A DNA stretch of 64,000 bases from Octopus sinensis (GCF_006345805.1 NC_042998.1:22940001-23004000), one strand, 5' to 3'; numbered from the stretch's first letter, positions 12,707 through 26,645 are shown. Notes: generated by a model not told the origin, from the sequence alone. Translations and numbers: made by a program.

Positions 12707-13258
12707 TTGGTGCAAAAATATTTTCTTCATTATTTTGTTAATTCTTAATGGAATCTCTAAAGAATGGTCCACTTAATTTTTCTCGTAGGTATAGCTAAAA
12801 GGTGAAAGTTTTCGAAAGTCCAGTGTGGTTAAAACTTGGAACCAGAAGATTAGAAAAGTATATAAAATGGATTAATCTCCGAATGAATGGAAGTGACAGA
12901 AACAGGATATTGGTAATGTCATGTGACAATCATGTAACGAGAAAATATGCTGAACTTTGGCAGAGTAAATTTGTTGGAGCAGTGCGACCACATCTTGTGA
13001 ATACAGAAATAAGCTGTTTCAAAGAAGACTCACAGGAAAAGTAGATTTGAACATTGCTTAATAAATAAAGCTACTTAAATGTCATTTAGTGTAGCATGCA
13101 TTTTTAACATTATAGAACTGTTATGGGGATGGAAATATTGTTGAAGTATGTTAGTAGCACACCTTGTTTGATTAAACTTTTTCCTACGAATACCATGGAT
13201 TGTTGAAAATGGACAGGTGAACCCCATTTTTATTATTTTGTAATAATTCTGTAATTTC

Positions 13259-13260
<2 letters not shown>

Positions 13261-13313
<53 letters not shown>

Positions 13314-13317
13314 ATAT

Positions 13318-13407
<90 letters not shown>

Positions 13408-13412
13408 TATTA

Positions 13413-13454
<42 letters not shown>

Positions 13455-13892
13455 TATATATAATATATATATATATATATAGGCGCAGGAGTGGCTGTGT
13501 GGTAAGTAGCTGGCTAACCAACCACATGGTTTCGGGTTCAGTCCCACTGCGTGGCATCTTGGCCAAGTGTCTTCTGCTATAGCCCCAGGCTGACCAATGC
13601 CTTGTGAGTGGATTTGGTAGACGGAAACTGAAAGAAGCCTGTCGTATATATGTATATATATATATAAGTGTGTGTGTATATGTTTGTGTATCTGTGTTTG
13701 TCCCCCTAGCATTGCTTGACAACCGATGCTGGTGTGTTTACATCCCCGTCACTTAGCGGTTCGGCAAAAGAGACCGATAGAATAAGTACTGGGCTTACAA
13801 AGTATAAGTCCCGGGGTCGATTTGCTCGACTAAAGGCGGTGCTCCAGCATGGCCGCAGTCAAATGACTGAAACATGTAAAAGAGTAAAAGAG
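13261..13892 (+). mobile_element. (TA)n tract followed by SINE family A (13480-13892)
   Basis: Direct inspection. Confidence 0.85.
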
Positions 13893-14149
13893 TATATATA
13901 TATACATTTGTACATGCATACAGACACACATACAACACACATTATGGCTGCCCCTTCGTTATCGAGTATGGCCATTGCACAAAGCTTAACTGTTACTGGT
14001 GCTGTGATCGTTTGTGACTTTTTAGCCCAGCTAAAGATCTACAATGTCTTGTACAGAATTGGCAACAAAAACCTTTACCAGTAATAGCCGGCTGTAGTTG
14101 TAACTGGGCTTCATGTACCTTTGCATGTCGTTTAAGACCTCCAACACAC

Positions 14150-14434
14150 GTACATACTTACATGCATATATACATACATACATGCGTGCATTCATGCACA
14201 CATGCATGCATACATACATTCCTGCACACATGCATACATACATACATACATACAGACCAACAGGCATACACACCTATGTATATATACATAGATTTATACA
14301 GACATACAAGCAGACAGACTGGCATACACACATGTATACATATATACATACATGCATATACACATGCACAAAATCTATAATCACCCTAAATACATGCATG
14401 TATGCATGCATACATATATACATACATACATACA

Positions 14435-14465
<31 letters not shown>

Positions 14466-14565
14466 TTATGTTGATCATGGATTTTGTAAGCCACATCAAA
14501 GGCAACATGTCTAGCAGAATAAATTCTGAATAAAGACTGATATAGGGCAGAAGAGATATATATAC

Positions 14566-14600
<35 letters not shown>

Positions 14601-14699
14601 CTGCTCACTTAGCCAGCGGGGTGGCATCATTCGAAGGCTAAAGCAATGCGAACGCATTGTGACCAGCGATGTGTAGCAACATCTGATGGCCTGGTCGGT

Positions 14700-14747
<48 letters not shown>

Positions 14748-14786
14748 GTATCTATATATATGCATATAGAGATAAATATATATGCG

Positions 14787-14845
<59 letters not shown>
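14150..14845. repeat. (TACA)n/(TGCA)n/(TA)n compound microsatellites
   Basis: Direct inspection. Confidence 0.9.
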
Positions 14846-14846
<1 letters not shown>

Positions 14847-14869
14847 AGCCAAGTAAAACCATAGTAAAA

Positions 14870-15212
14870 CCAGTCGTGACAGATACTGGTGTCAGGCAAA
14901 TGGCACCCATGCTGGTGGCATATAAAAGCACTTTTCAAGCATTGGGCCTCACAGTGTCAATGGCCAGGACCATTTGGCATTATGCCATGCTTCGAGCATT
15001 GGGCCTTTGTCATGGCAGATACCGGTGTCATGCAAATGGCACATAAAAGCACCCATTACACCCGTGAAGTGGTTGGTGTTAGGAAGGGCATCCAGCTGTA
15101 GAAACCATACCAAATCAGACTGGAGTCTGGTGAAGCCTTCCAGCTTGCCAGCTCTGGTCAAACTATTCAACCCATGCCAGCATGGACAATGAATGTTAAA
15201 TGATGATGATGA
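14870..15212 (+). mobile_element. Family C non-LTR retroelement 3' end, (GAT)n tail
   Basis: GTTAGGAAGGGCATCCAGCTGTAGAAAC...CCATGCCAGCATGG...GATGATGATG; about 25 variably 5'-truncated copies in the window. Confidence 0.8.
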
Positions 15213-15284
15213 CAATGTGTGTGTGTGCATATATATATATATATAAATATATATATACAGAGAGAGAGGGAGAGAGAGAGATAT

Positions 15285-15696
15285 ACTCTTTTACTTGTTT
15301 CAGTCACTTGACTGTGGCCATGCTGGAGCACCGCCTTTAGTCGAGCAAATCAACCCCAGGACTTATTCTTTGTAAGCCTAGTACTTTTTCTATCGCTCTC
15401 TTTTGCCAAACTTCTAAGTTACTGGCACGTAAACACACCAGCATTGGTTGTCAAACGATGTTGGGGGGACAAACACAGACACACAAACATATACACACAC
15501 ATACATACATATATATATATATACAAATATACGACAGGCTTCTTTCAGTTTCCATCTACCGAATCCACTCACATGGCTTTGATCAGCCCACGGCTATAGT
15601 AGACAACACTTGCCCAAGGTGTCATGCAGTGGGACTGAACCTGGAACCATGTGGTTCATAAGCAAACTACTTACCACACAGCCACTCCTGCACCTA
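15285..15696 (-). mobile_element. SINE family A
   Basis: Full-length match. Confidence 0.85.
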
Positions 15697-15959
15697 TAGA
15701 TATAGATATAGATATATAAATGTGTGTATAGGCATGTGTATTTTTGTGTCCCCCACAATCACTTGACAACCAGTGTTGGTGTGTTTGCATTCCTGTAATG
15801 TAGAGGTTCGGCATAAGAGACCGACAAATTAAGTACCAAGCTTTGAAAAATAAGTTTTGGCATCGATTCATTTCACTAAAATTCTTCAAGGTGGTGCCAA
15901 AACATGGCCAAAGTCTTACAACTGAAACAAATAGAAGGATAAAAGAATAAATAAATGAA

Positions 15960-16043
15960 AGAATGAGTGAATAAAAGAATAAGCGAATGAAAGAATAAGC
16001 GAATAAAAGAATAAGCGAATGAAAGAATAAGCGAATAAAAGAA
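15960..16043 (+). repeat. 16-bp tandem repeat (AAAGAATAAGCGAATG/A)
   Basis: About 5 copies visible. Confidence 0.85.
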
Positions 16044-16483
16044 TGCACCCATTGAGTTCTGTTTTCCTGTTTACATCAACAAACCTATTTCAATAATGTA
16101 CCGATTCATTCTTAATGTATTTTGGCAGATTCAAACATGAATATATGATCACTGTTGTTTCACATTCAACTCTTTCAGAACATATTAAGAAGGAAGAAAT
16201 CCATTATTGTTTGGAATCTTACTGTTTTGCATGCACCACATGGATTATAATATACTTAGTTCAGAAAATGGATATTTCTGTTTCATCAATTCACTAAGTT
16301 ACTATTTTTACATAAAACCAGTTTTTCTTTATATCATTTTGTTTCCTGCAATCAGGGCTGTTTGTGACAAACATAAACACACATACACACACAGTTATAC
16401 ATGCATAAATCACCTTCGTCATCATCCTTTTAACGTCCAATTTTTTCCTGCTTTCATGGAATTTGTTGAGGCAAAATATATAC

Positions 16484-17100
16484 TCTTACTCTTTACTATT
16501 TTACTTGTTTCAGTCATTTGACTGTGGCCATGCTGGAGCACCGCCTTTAGTCGAGCAAATCGACCCCCAAGGACTTATTCTTTGTAAGCCTAGTACTTAT
16601 TCTATCGGTCTCTTTTGCCGAACCACTAAGTTATGGGGACATAAACACATCAGCATCGGTTGTCAAGTGATGTTCGGGGGACAAACACAGACACACAAAT
16701 GTGTATACACACACACACACACACACACATCATCATCATCATCATCGTTTAACATCCGTTTTGGGTTGGACGGTTCGACTGGGGTCTGGGAAGCCAGGGG
16801 CTGCACCAGGCTCCAGTCTTATCTGGCAGAGTTTCTACAGCTGGATGCCCTTCCTAACGCCAACCACTCCGCGAGTGTAGAGAGCAACGACTCCGCGAGT
16901 ATATACACACATATATATATATATATACATATATACGACGGGCTTCTTTCAGTTTCCATCTACCAAATCCACTCACAAGGCATTGGCTGGCCCAAGGCTA
17001 TAGTAGAAGACTTTTGCCCAAGGTGCCACACAGTGGGACTGAACCCGGAACCATGTGGTTCGTAAGCAAGCTACTTACCACACAGCCACTCCTATGCCTA
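16484..17100 (-). mobile_element. SINE family A with nested family C fragment (16730-16880)
   Basis: The family C (CAT)n end sits within the SINE microsatellite. Confidence 0.8.
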
Positions 17101-17117
17101 TATATATATATATATAT

Positions 17118-17600
17118 ACACGGTGTGACTGTGTAGTAAGAAGTTTGTTTCCCAACCACACAGACAAAGGTTCAGTCCCACTGTGTGGCACCTTAAGCAA
17201 GTGTCTTCTACTATAGCTTCAGGTCAACCAAAACCTTGTGAGCAGATTTGGTAGACGGAAACTAAAAGAAGCCCGTCGTGTGAGTGTGTGTGTGTCTTTG
17301 TGTTTGTGTTTGTCCTTCCATCATTGCTTGACACGTGCACGTGTGTGTGTGCATGTGTTTGGGTGTGTGTGTGTGTGTTCATGCCTTCTTTTGTCCCCTA
17401 CCACTGCTTGACAACTGGTGTTGGTTTGTTTATGTCTCCATAACTTAGTGGTTCAGTAAAAGTGACTGATAGAATACGTACCAGGCATCACACAAAAAAA
17501 AGCAAGTACTGGCGTTGATTCATTTGACCAAAATTCTTCAAGACAGTGCTCCAGCATGGCCACAGTCTAATGACTGAAACAAGTAAATGATAAAAGATAA
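17118..17600 (+). mobile_element. SINE family A (diverged), head-to-head with the previous copy
   Basis: Head about 20 nt from the head of the minus copy. Confidence 0.75.
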
Positions 17601-17639
17601 TAGATACACAGAACAATATCCAGCCCTTGCAATTTGGAT

Positions 17640-18450
17640 CTATTCCTAACTCCGGCTGCTGCGACCAGCTTATTGTGTTTCTTGAAGACATCATGCGGGT
17701 AACGGATAGCGGCTCATGGATGGATGTTGTCTACCCTGACTTTGATAAAGCTTTTATTTCTGTGCCACACAAAAGACTTATGGCAAAATGCTTTGCAAAG
17801 GGTGTGAAAGATGATCTTTTTAACTACTTGGACTCCTTCATTCTCAGCCGAAAAGAGATGGTCATGGTTCTAGGACAGCATTCTTCACTCTACGAGATGT
17901 CATCTGGTGTACCGCAAGGATCTGTTCTTGGTCCCCTTTTGCTTGTTGCATACTTTAATGACACGGATGCCAACTTAAAGAATGCCTCAGTGCTGAAATA
18001 TGCAGATGACATCAAGCTGTACCTTGAGATAAAAAGAACAGATCCTGAACTCTGTAGATCATTCCTGTAATCAGACCTGGACACAGTGCAACAATGGATC
18101 ATGGACTGGCAACTCAAGCTGGCTGTGGACAAGTGTACCACCATGCATTTTGGGAGGAAAAATCCTATTTCTTTTCCTACCCACAGGGGGCTAAACACAG
18201 AGGGGACAAGCAAGGACAGACACACGGATTAAGTCGATTATATCGACCCCAGTGCGTAACTGGTACTTTATTTATCAGCCACAAAAGGATGAAAGGCAAA
18301 GTCGACCTCGGCGGAATTTGAACTCAGAACGTAGCGGCAGACGAAATACCGCTAGGCATTTCGCCCGGCGTGCTAACCATTCTCCCAGCTCACCGCCTTG
18401 AGAGGAAAAACCAAACGTCCACATACCCACTCCACAACACTAACATCAAA
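17640..18450 (+). pseudogene. CR1/L2-group LINE reverse-transcriptase fragment interrupted by SINE B
   Basis: ORF 17627-18070: DFDKAF..VPHKRLM, SGVPQGSVLGPLL, KYADDIKLY, then a frameshift. HFGRKN continues after the SINE. Confidence 0.9.
18163..18399 (-). mobile_element. SINE family B inside the LINE RT fragment
   Basis: Flanked by GAGGAAAAA direct repeat (18154-18162 and 18402-18410). Confidence 0.85.
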
Positions 18451-19244
18451 AATGTATGTATGCATACATACATGCATATACATACATATACACACACATA
18501 CCTACATATATAATACACACACGTCTTCATCCCACACCTGATCTGTATTTGTCAAATCTTTTAGTGAAGTCTCCTTGTAGTGGTCATCCCCGATTTCCCC
18601 TCTAACCATGGCACTACTTCCTCAGCTGCTGTGTCTGCATGAGGGCAGAGCTGCACACATTCCATCCCCAACTTCTGTGCTACCAGCAATCCATCTCCTG
18701 GGCACTACTTTCCCTTGCCTTCATCTTGCATCTTGTACTCCCTGTGGTGTGTGCGAGAGATTCAAAATAAAGGCACCTACCTTCTCTTCACTCAGATGGA
18801 GACCCTTTAGCGGTAACAGATCCTTCGACACAGCCCGATCCGAACGCTAGAGATAGCAGCTGCTTCACCCAACCTTAGCAACGTGATCACCCGTCTTAAC
18901 ACCTCGCCGACCCTGACTCGAAAGGCAGAAATCCCCGCTCGCTGCGCGTGCGTCACGGCTGCCCCTTCCAGTCAGCCCCAAGTTCTGGTCAGCTCCCCAG
19001 CTGCTGACGTCATCCCACACTCCCAACACCATCCCTTGCCACTTTATTTACACTGAATGCCTCTTCTCTCTAAACAGCCTCTCATGTCTGCCATCAGACC
19101 ACCAGTTCTTATTGTAACCCACTCTATCCACCCTGTGTGTCTCTGATCTCCATCTCTGCCACTGTGCCTTTTCTCTCCTCACCACACTTAATCTCATCTC
19201 CCTATTTCTCATCTATTCACAATTTCATTATTTTGTTGTTAGAA

Positions 19245-19808
19245 GACCCAGCAGGACAAGTGAGACCATAACCCATGGCCTCAGTCCACTTATGCATACC
19301 TTTCCTTCTTGGGACACAAAACTCTACTTGTGAAGACCTGTTGAGGCAAATGAAAATCAAAATCAAAATCAAAATCAAAAATCAAAATCGATCAACATGA
19401 ATGGAAATTGTAGCTGTGATACCAGTGCCAGTGGCACATAAGAGAACCATCCAAAGGTGGCCGTTACCAGCGCCGCCCCGACTGGCTTCCGTGCCAGTGG
19501 CATGTAAAAAGCACCATCCAATCGTAGCCATTGCCATCCTTGCCTGGCCTCCGTGCTGGTGGCACGTAAAAAGCACCATCCGATCGTGGCTGTTTGCCAG
19601 CCTTGCCTGGCCTCCGTGTCAGTGGCACGTAAAAAGCACCCACTACACTCACGGAGTGGTTGGCGTTAGGAAGGGCATCCAGCCGTAGAAACATTGCCAG
19701 ATCAGACTGGGTCTGGTGCAGCCTTCTGGCTTCCCAGACCCCAGTTGCACCGTCCAACCCATGCCAGCATGGAAAGTGGACGCTAAATGATGATGATGAT
19801 GATGATGA
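19245..19808 (+). mobile_element. Long family C copy with (AAAATC)n and ~65-bp internal tandem units
   Basis: Repeated GTGGCACGTAAAAAGCACC units; (GAT)n tail. Confidence 0.8.
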
Positions 19809-19990
19809 TTAGTTAGTTAGTTTTCTCCATGCCATGGTTCACATAAGCCACAACAATGTGTAGTGATTAAGTGTGTATAAGTATGTGTTAAAGTGAACAA
19901 ATGTGATACGCATGTGGATGCCTTTGAAGTAAACAAATAAATGACATCAAGTCATAGTTAAAATAATTTATTCACTGTACTTGCATTTAC

Positions 19991-20045
19991 CTTTGGTATA
20001 CAATATTCTTCACAACATGTTGCTAGTAATAGAAACAGGGCACAT
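19991..20045 (-). CDS. Weak candidate minus-strand exon (CALFLLLATCCEEYCIPK)
   Basis: catatcccctccacAG|...CCAAAG|GTaaat; only one frame open; alternative acceptor would start the exon at 20067. Confidence 0.25.
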
Positions 20046-20095
20046 CTGTGGAGGGGATATGTCAGAACTGAATATGTTTTGTGTGTGTGGTTCAT

Positions 20096-20494
20096 ACTTT
20101 TACTCTTTTAATTGTTTCAGTCATTTGACTGCAGCCATGCTGGAGCACCGCCTTTAGTCGAGCAAATCGACCCCGGGACTTTATTCTTTGTAAGCCCAGT
20201 ACTTATTCTATCGGTCTCTTTTGCCGAACCGCTAAGTGACGGGGATGTAAACACACCAGCATCGGTTGTCAAGCAATGCTAGGGGGACAAACACAGACAT
20301 ACAAAGACACACACACATATATATATATATATACATATATACGACAGGCTTCTTTCAGTTTCCGTCTACCAAATCCACTCACAAGGCATTGGTCGGCCCG
20401 GGGCTATAGCAGAAGACACTCGCCCAAGATGCCACTCAGTGGGACTGAACCCGGAACCATGTGGTTGGTTAGCAAGCTACTTACCACACAGCCA
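20096..20494 (-). mobile_element. SINE family A
   Basis: Full-length match. Confidence 0.85.
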
Positions 20495-20631
20495 TGAGAA
20501 AGTAGTCTGCTATGAACCTTTCTATCTGCCAGTGTGTCAGGAACCTTTCAGTCTGTCTGCCAAAGCCTTTCTTTCTGCGTCCTAGGCCTTTCTTATCTGT
20601 TCCTCTGCTGACCACGGTATTGAGCTGGCAG

Positions 20632-20869
20632 AAGGCGGCGAGCTGGCAGAATCGTTAGCACGCTGGACGAAACGCTGAGCGGTATTTCGTCTGCCGCCAC
20701 GTTCTGAGTTCAAATTCCTCCGAGGTCGACTTTGCCTTTCATCCTTTCGGGGTCGATAAAAATAAGTACCAGTTACACACTGGGGATCGATATAATCGAC
20801 TTAATCCATTTGTCTTGTCCTTGTTTGTCCTCTCTGTGTTTAGCCCCTTGTGGGTAGTAAAGAAATAGG
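20632..20869 (+). mobile_element. SINE family B, full length
   Basis: AAGGCGGCGAGC head to AAAGAAATAGG tail. Confidence 0.85.
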
Positions 20870-21475
20870 TATTTATAACAGCCATGGCAGCTAGAAGGAC
20901 AGATATACTGCAGCAGGGATTGTGCCTAAATAGGTCAGCTCCTGTCCATTTGAACTTCGCCTGACATGGCTGATGTCGTAGGTCAAAGGGAGATGATTTA
21001 TCATTTTTTTGACAGAACAAAGAAAACCATTTTTCGCACCTGTTGATCATGGTGGTCTGGATGAGCGAAAATCCTTAGATTTGGTTTCGAATCTAAGCTT
21101 GGAGAAGGAAATGTTAATTTTTACACTTCTAGTGAGAAAGCCACAGAGACTGAACGATATAGGAAATGTTATATTCTGGGTATGCAGAAAAAATTTACAC
21201 CATGTAACAGACAAATGAATATATGTCAAAAACATGGGACAGACAATTGAATATATGTCAAAAACATGGGACATGAAAGAAATAAAGGTATAAAAATATG
21301 AAGCAAAAAAAATTCACTGTTGGTGTGTGCAATATGGTAGGCAATACATATATGTCCCCAGGCAGGAAACCCTTTTTCATGCCTGTTGATCATGGTGGTT
21401 TGGACAAGCAAGAATCCTTAGATTCGGTTTCAAATCTAAGCTTGGAGAAAGAAGTGTTAATTTTTACAAATATCG

Positions 21476-23180
21476 GTGGCACGTAAAAAGCACCCACTAC
21501 ACTCACGGAGTGGAAGGGCATCCAGCTGTAGAAACACTGCCAGATCAGACTGGAGACTGGTGCAGCCTTTGGGCTTCCCAGATCCCTGGTTGAACCATCC
21601 AACCCATGCTAGCATGGTGAATGGACGTTAAACGATGATGATGATGATGATGATCTCTCCAGTCAGTTTTGCTTTCTGCACTGTTCTAGCCTCATCCCAG
21701 CTTCGCCCTTCTCCTTTCCTTGTCAATGGTCCTTCACCACGTGGTTCTAGGGCACCTTACTGCTCTTTTCCCCTCAGGCTTCCACGTTAGTGCCACTGTA
21801 CAAACACTTTCTCAATCTTGTTGTGCACATATGATTGTGATGCACGTGCAGGTGGCACGTAAAAAGCACCCACTACACTCACAGAGTGGTTGGCGTTAGG
21901 AAGGGCATCCAGCTGTAGAAACACTGCCAGATCAGACTGGAGCCTGGTGCAGCTTTCTGGCTTCCCAGATCCCCGGTCAAACCGTCCACCCCATGCTAGC
22001 ATGGAGAACGGACATTAAACGATGATGATGATGATGATGATGCTTGGTGTACATATGCCTATTGCACTACCTCCTGTAATTGCCTTCTTCTTGACCCCCT
22101 CCTATTTTCCTTACATTCCTCCAAACTGACATTCGTCATTGTCCATGCTTCCATCCATGTTCATCTTTCACTACATTCATTTCTTATCCTCATCCCTACC
22201 ACCTGTCACTCTTCTTTCACATTCTTCCCAACCTACCTACTTCCCAGCCATCCTTGACTCTCCATCTCTACTCTCTCTTTAGCAACCTCCTTGTACCCTA
22301 AATTTATGCCTTGACATCTCATTTTCACACTCCTTTCTCACTTTCCTGCTCGAATAGCAAAGCATCTTCTCTACAGCGAGACATTTGTTCCTGCCTCCGT
22401 GTCTCCTGCCCATCATGCTTTCCGTTCAACACCTGGCACAAAGCCACCTCCCTCGATTCCATCAAGGGTCTTGTTTTGCAAGTTACACAGTGCCCTCGTT
22501 ATTGCCGGTGCCACATAAAAAGCACTTGGTACACTCTCTTAAGTGGTTAACATTAAGAAGAGCACCCAGCCATAGAAACCTTACCAAAGTAGACATTGGA
22601 ACCCAACTCTGCCCTCTGGTTAGTGGAATCCTCTCAAACTTTCAAACCCATACCAGCATGGAAAGAGGATGATGAAGATCATCATCATCATCTTTTAACA
22701 TCCACTTTCCATGCTGGCATGGGTTGGACGGTTTGACTGGGGACTGGCAAGCCAGGAGGCTGCACCAGGCTCCAGTCTGATCTGGCAATGTTTCTACAGC
22801 TGGATGCCCTTCCTAATGCCAACTACTCTGAGAGTGTAGTGGGTGCTTTTTACATGCCACCAGCATGGGGTCCAGTCAGACACTGGTATCAACCACAACT
22901 ACAATTTCCATTTGATTGTGATTTGATTTGATTTGATTTGATTTTGATTTTGATTTTACTTGACTCAATAGGTTGCCTCAAGCATGGCATATCACCCAAC
23001 GATTCAAGAGTACTTTTTAAATAGACTGGTTATGCAACACTGGTGTAGGCTATGGCTATGATCTCACTTTACTTGCCAGGTCTTCTCAATCACAGTATAT
23101 CTCCAGAGGTCTCAGTCTTTCGTCATTGCCTCTGTGAGGCCCAACATTTGAAGGTCATGCTTCACCACCTCATCCCATGT
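21476..23180. mobile_element. Cluster of four family C copies (21476-21653 +, 21848-22042 +, 22490-22680 +, 22681-23180 -)
   Basis: Family motifs and GAT/CAT tails; the last two are joined tail-to-tail. Confidence 0.8.
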
Positions 23181-23667
23181 CTTCCTGGGTCAATCCCCAG
23201 TTTCCGCATATGTAAATATATGCATGTATACAGCACAGCTTCTGTCTATCGAATTCCACTCACGATGCATTGATCAATCCAAACCTTCAAATACATGACA
23301 ATTGTGCAATATGCCATGCAATGGGATTGAACCCAGAACCACAGTGTTGTGCAGAGAACATCTTCACTACACAGCAATACTTGTGCTTGTTGCTATAGGT
23401 ATGATTTCTACTTTGTGTGTTTGGGCTCAACTCAAAGTTTCCATCATTATTTATTTCCATGTTAGTTTTAGCTGAGTGACTCTAGAATCAGACATTCCAG
23501 TTGTGATCACCACCACCTCCACTTTTTCCTTTAAATATTTATTTTGCAAAAAAATGTATCAAGAAACATATCTAATGTGGCCATCCCTAAAATGTTAATG
23601 CAATTTTTTTTTCCCGAGATTTAGTTATTTCAACTTCAACGGACATCCAAAAAATAAATATGTCATA

Positions 23668-24075
23668 TAGGCGCAGGAGTGGCTCTGTGGTAAGTAGCTT
23701 GCTTACCAACCACATGGTTCCGGGTTCAGTCTCACTGCGTGGCATCTTGGGCAAGTGTCTTCCACTATAGCCTTGGGCCAACCAAAGCCTTGTGAGTGGA
23801 TTTGATAGACGGAAACTGAAGGAAGCCCATCATATATATATATGTGTATGTGTGTGTGTGCATGTTTGTGTGTCTGTGTTTGTCCCCCTAGCATTGCTTG
23901 ACAACCAATGCTGGTGTGTTTATGTCCCCATCACTTAGCGGTTCGGCAAAAGAGACCGATAGAATAAGTACTAGGCTTACAAAGAATAAGTCCCGGGGTC
24001 GATTTGCTCAACTAAAGGCGGTGCTCCAGCATGGCCGCAGTCAAATGACAGAAACAAGTAAAAGAGTAAAAGAGA
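23668..24075 (+). mobile_element. SINE family A
   Basis: Full-length match. Confidence 0.85.
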
Positions 24076-24963
24076 ATATATAATCTCCTGAAGTCACAAT
24101 CTTTACTAGTAACACCTCAACTTATTTCTTTTTTGAAACTTCTTTTTTCTTGTAACAGTGGCCAAAAACTATATCAGCTAAGTTACAAAATTATGATAAT
24201 GTAATCAAACACAGGCGGAAAATCTCAATAAATAATTCTAGCTAACCCGATCATTTCAATTAAATATAATTTAAGGGAGATAATCCAAAGAGACACCAAA
24301 ATTTAGAAAATTAATATTAAAGAATTTTTTTTAAAAATTAATTAAAATTTTTCTTCCGGTTTTTGATTTGTATTTCTAATGAGATTTTGTATTATATATG
24401 TATCATCTATGTGTTATATTCCAATAAATTTTAATAACTAAAATAGGGGGCAAAAAATCAGATTAAAAAAATACAGCAACATTGTAATGTTTTCAAGTTT
24501 CAAAAATGTTCTGTGAAATGGTATATAACGATACATGACAGTGGAATATATTTTCTACAATAGGCACAAGGCCTGAAATTTTGGCGGACGGGACTAGTTG
24601 ATTCCATCGACCTCAGGACCCAGCATGGACTTGGGTTTATCGACCGCGGTAGGAGAGGCGAAGTCGACCTCGGCATTATTTAAATTAATTATAATTCTTT
24701 CTCCTATAAACACAAGACCTGAGATTTTAGTAGGAGTTGGGGTGCTAATCGATAATATTGACCAATAATAATAATGCTTTTTTTAAATTTTGGATCAAGA
24801 CTAGCAATTCTAAGGGAGGGGGTAAATCGATTAATATAGACCCCGGTGTTCAACTGTTAATTATTTTATCGATTTCGGTAGGAGGAAAGGTAAAGTCGAT
24901 CACGGCATTATTTGAACAAATAAGAATAATACTAATAATCCTTTCTTCTGTGGGCCAATTTTA

Positions 24964-25099
24964 GGATCTTTTCGCTTTGACCGGCAGATTTTTGAGAAAA
25001 AGATGTTTTATAAACACATTCTACCAGTATACGAAGTTTAAAATTTTTTAGTTATAAAGAAATTATTTTAAAAATCTGCCGGTCAAAGCGAAAAGATCC
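24964..25099. mobile_element. 136-bp MITE with ~30-bp perfect TIRs
   Basis: GGATCTTTTCGCTTTGACCGGCAGATTTTT ... AAAAATCTGCCGGTCAAAGCGAAAAGATCC. Confidence 0.8.
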
Positions 25100-25379
25100 C
25101 GATTTTAGGGTGGGAGTAGTCGATATTATTGACTAAAGATAGAAATCATTTCAAATTTTGGCACAAGGCCAGCAATTTCGCTGATGGAGGGAGTAAGTCG
25201 ATTATATCGACCCCCCAGTGATCAATCGTTACTTATTTTATCGATCCCGAAAGGATAGCAGTCGACCTCAGCAGAATTTGAACCAAGAACCAAAAGACAG
25301 ATAAAATGCCACTAAACATTTTGTTTGGCGCGCTAACAATTCTGCCAGTGGAATATATACTTATGACAATAGAATTATA

Positions 25380-25568
25380 CAACGAATTATCAAATAAAGC
25401 CGACACCCGATTGTGTATTTGTCGCCCTTCCATACTTCCGGGAGGAAAAGGTGGAGGAGATTTCAAGTAAATCTCTCTATCAAACATGGCTGTCGCTTGC
25501 GATATTTATGCAGTTGTCTAGATTATATTATCTATGCAATAATTTTCGTGGAAAATCTCTCGGTAAGT
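25380..25568 (+). promoter_or_regulatory. Probable core promoter and non-coding first exon of the AT-hook/zinc-finger gene
   Basis: Non-repeat, CpG-containing patch with ETS site ACTTCCGG (25434-25441), YY1-like AAACATGGC (25482-25490) and strong donor CG|GTAAGT (25563). The link to exon 36020 is inferred. Confidence 0.5.
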
Positions 25569-26645
25569 TGCATATATTTATTTTTTTAAATATCCAATTA
25601 TATTTAGAATAAAATTATTGTTTGTGGCTTTTTTTTCCGCCAAAGTTGCTATTTTTTTTCTTCATCCAAGGGATACTAGAACCCAAATACAACTGGTTTT
25701 CTATATAATATTCAATGTCGTAAGTGGACTGGAGGTGTTTTTTCTTTGAAATGAGAGGCCTTCTTCATGTCATGTTGTTGTCATCTCGATGTGTCTTGTT
25801 CGTCTCTTATTTGTATTAGATTCTTTTGCATTTAAATAATTAAGAAAACTGAAAAAGGGGTCGGATAAAAAAAAGAGAACTTTTAAAAATGGAACAGAGT
25901 ATATATATATGTTAAAGGAAGCTGGGGAAAAAATATCTACCGTTCTGAAATGAACGTAGCTTTTAATTGTTTTGAATACAAGCAAACATAATTGTGTTCA
26001 CGTATTTTTATATAATATATATATATTATATAAATATGTATATATTTACACTCATACATATATATATATTTATATATACATGCATAAGGTATTTAAAGTT
26101 GCGAACAGTACTCAATACATCTAGAGAAGTTTATTCTATTTTCATGTTATGTATACGTGTGGTACTATTATATTTCGTGATAGAATTTCCTTTCGTCGAA
26201 CCTGCAAGCTATGAAGGATGCAAAATGAAAATAAACTAAGAAGCTGGTATTTAGGACAAAGTGTTCAACTTCGTAATTTATTTATTTTCGCAAATAAGCG
26301 AAACATTTCGTTACGTCTAATTGGAATGTGTGGATTTTAATATTTTACAAGAAACCACCTACACAGATATTTGCTAAGTATCAAAAGGAATAATGAATGT
26401 GTATGTTAAATTTAAAAGGATAAATATACACATATCTGCACATTGTTTAAATATTCTGCAGATGTGCATTCAATACCGTGTGTTTCCCTATTTAAGAATA
26501 TGCCCACCATGTCCCTGTATATCACAAAAGGCGACAGAAAGGGCATCTTGCTATCAACACAGCCTCAGAAAACCAGTCCATTCCATATAAGCATGGAAAA
26601 CGGTGTTAAAGGATGACTGAAAATAGTAATGGAATATTGCGTATA

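Noticed and set aside
16040-16340. Non-repeat island with several possible splice signals
   Set aside because: No consistent acceptor-donor pair with a convincing open frame.
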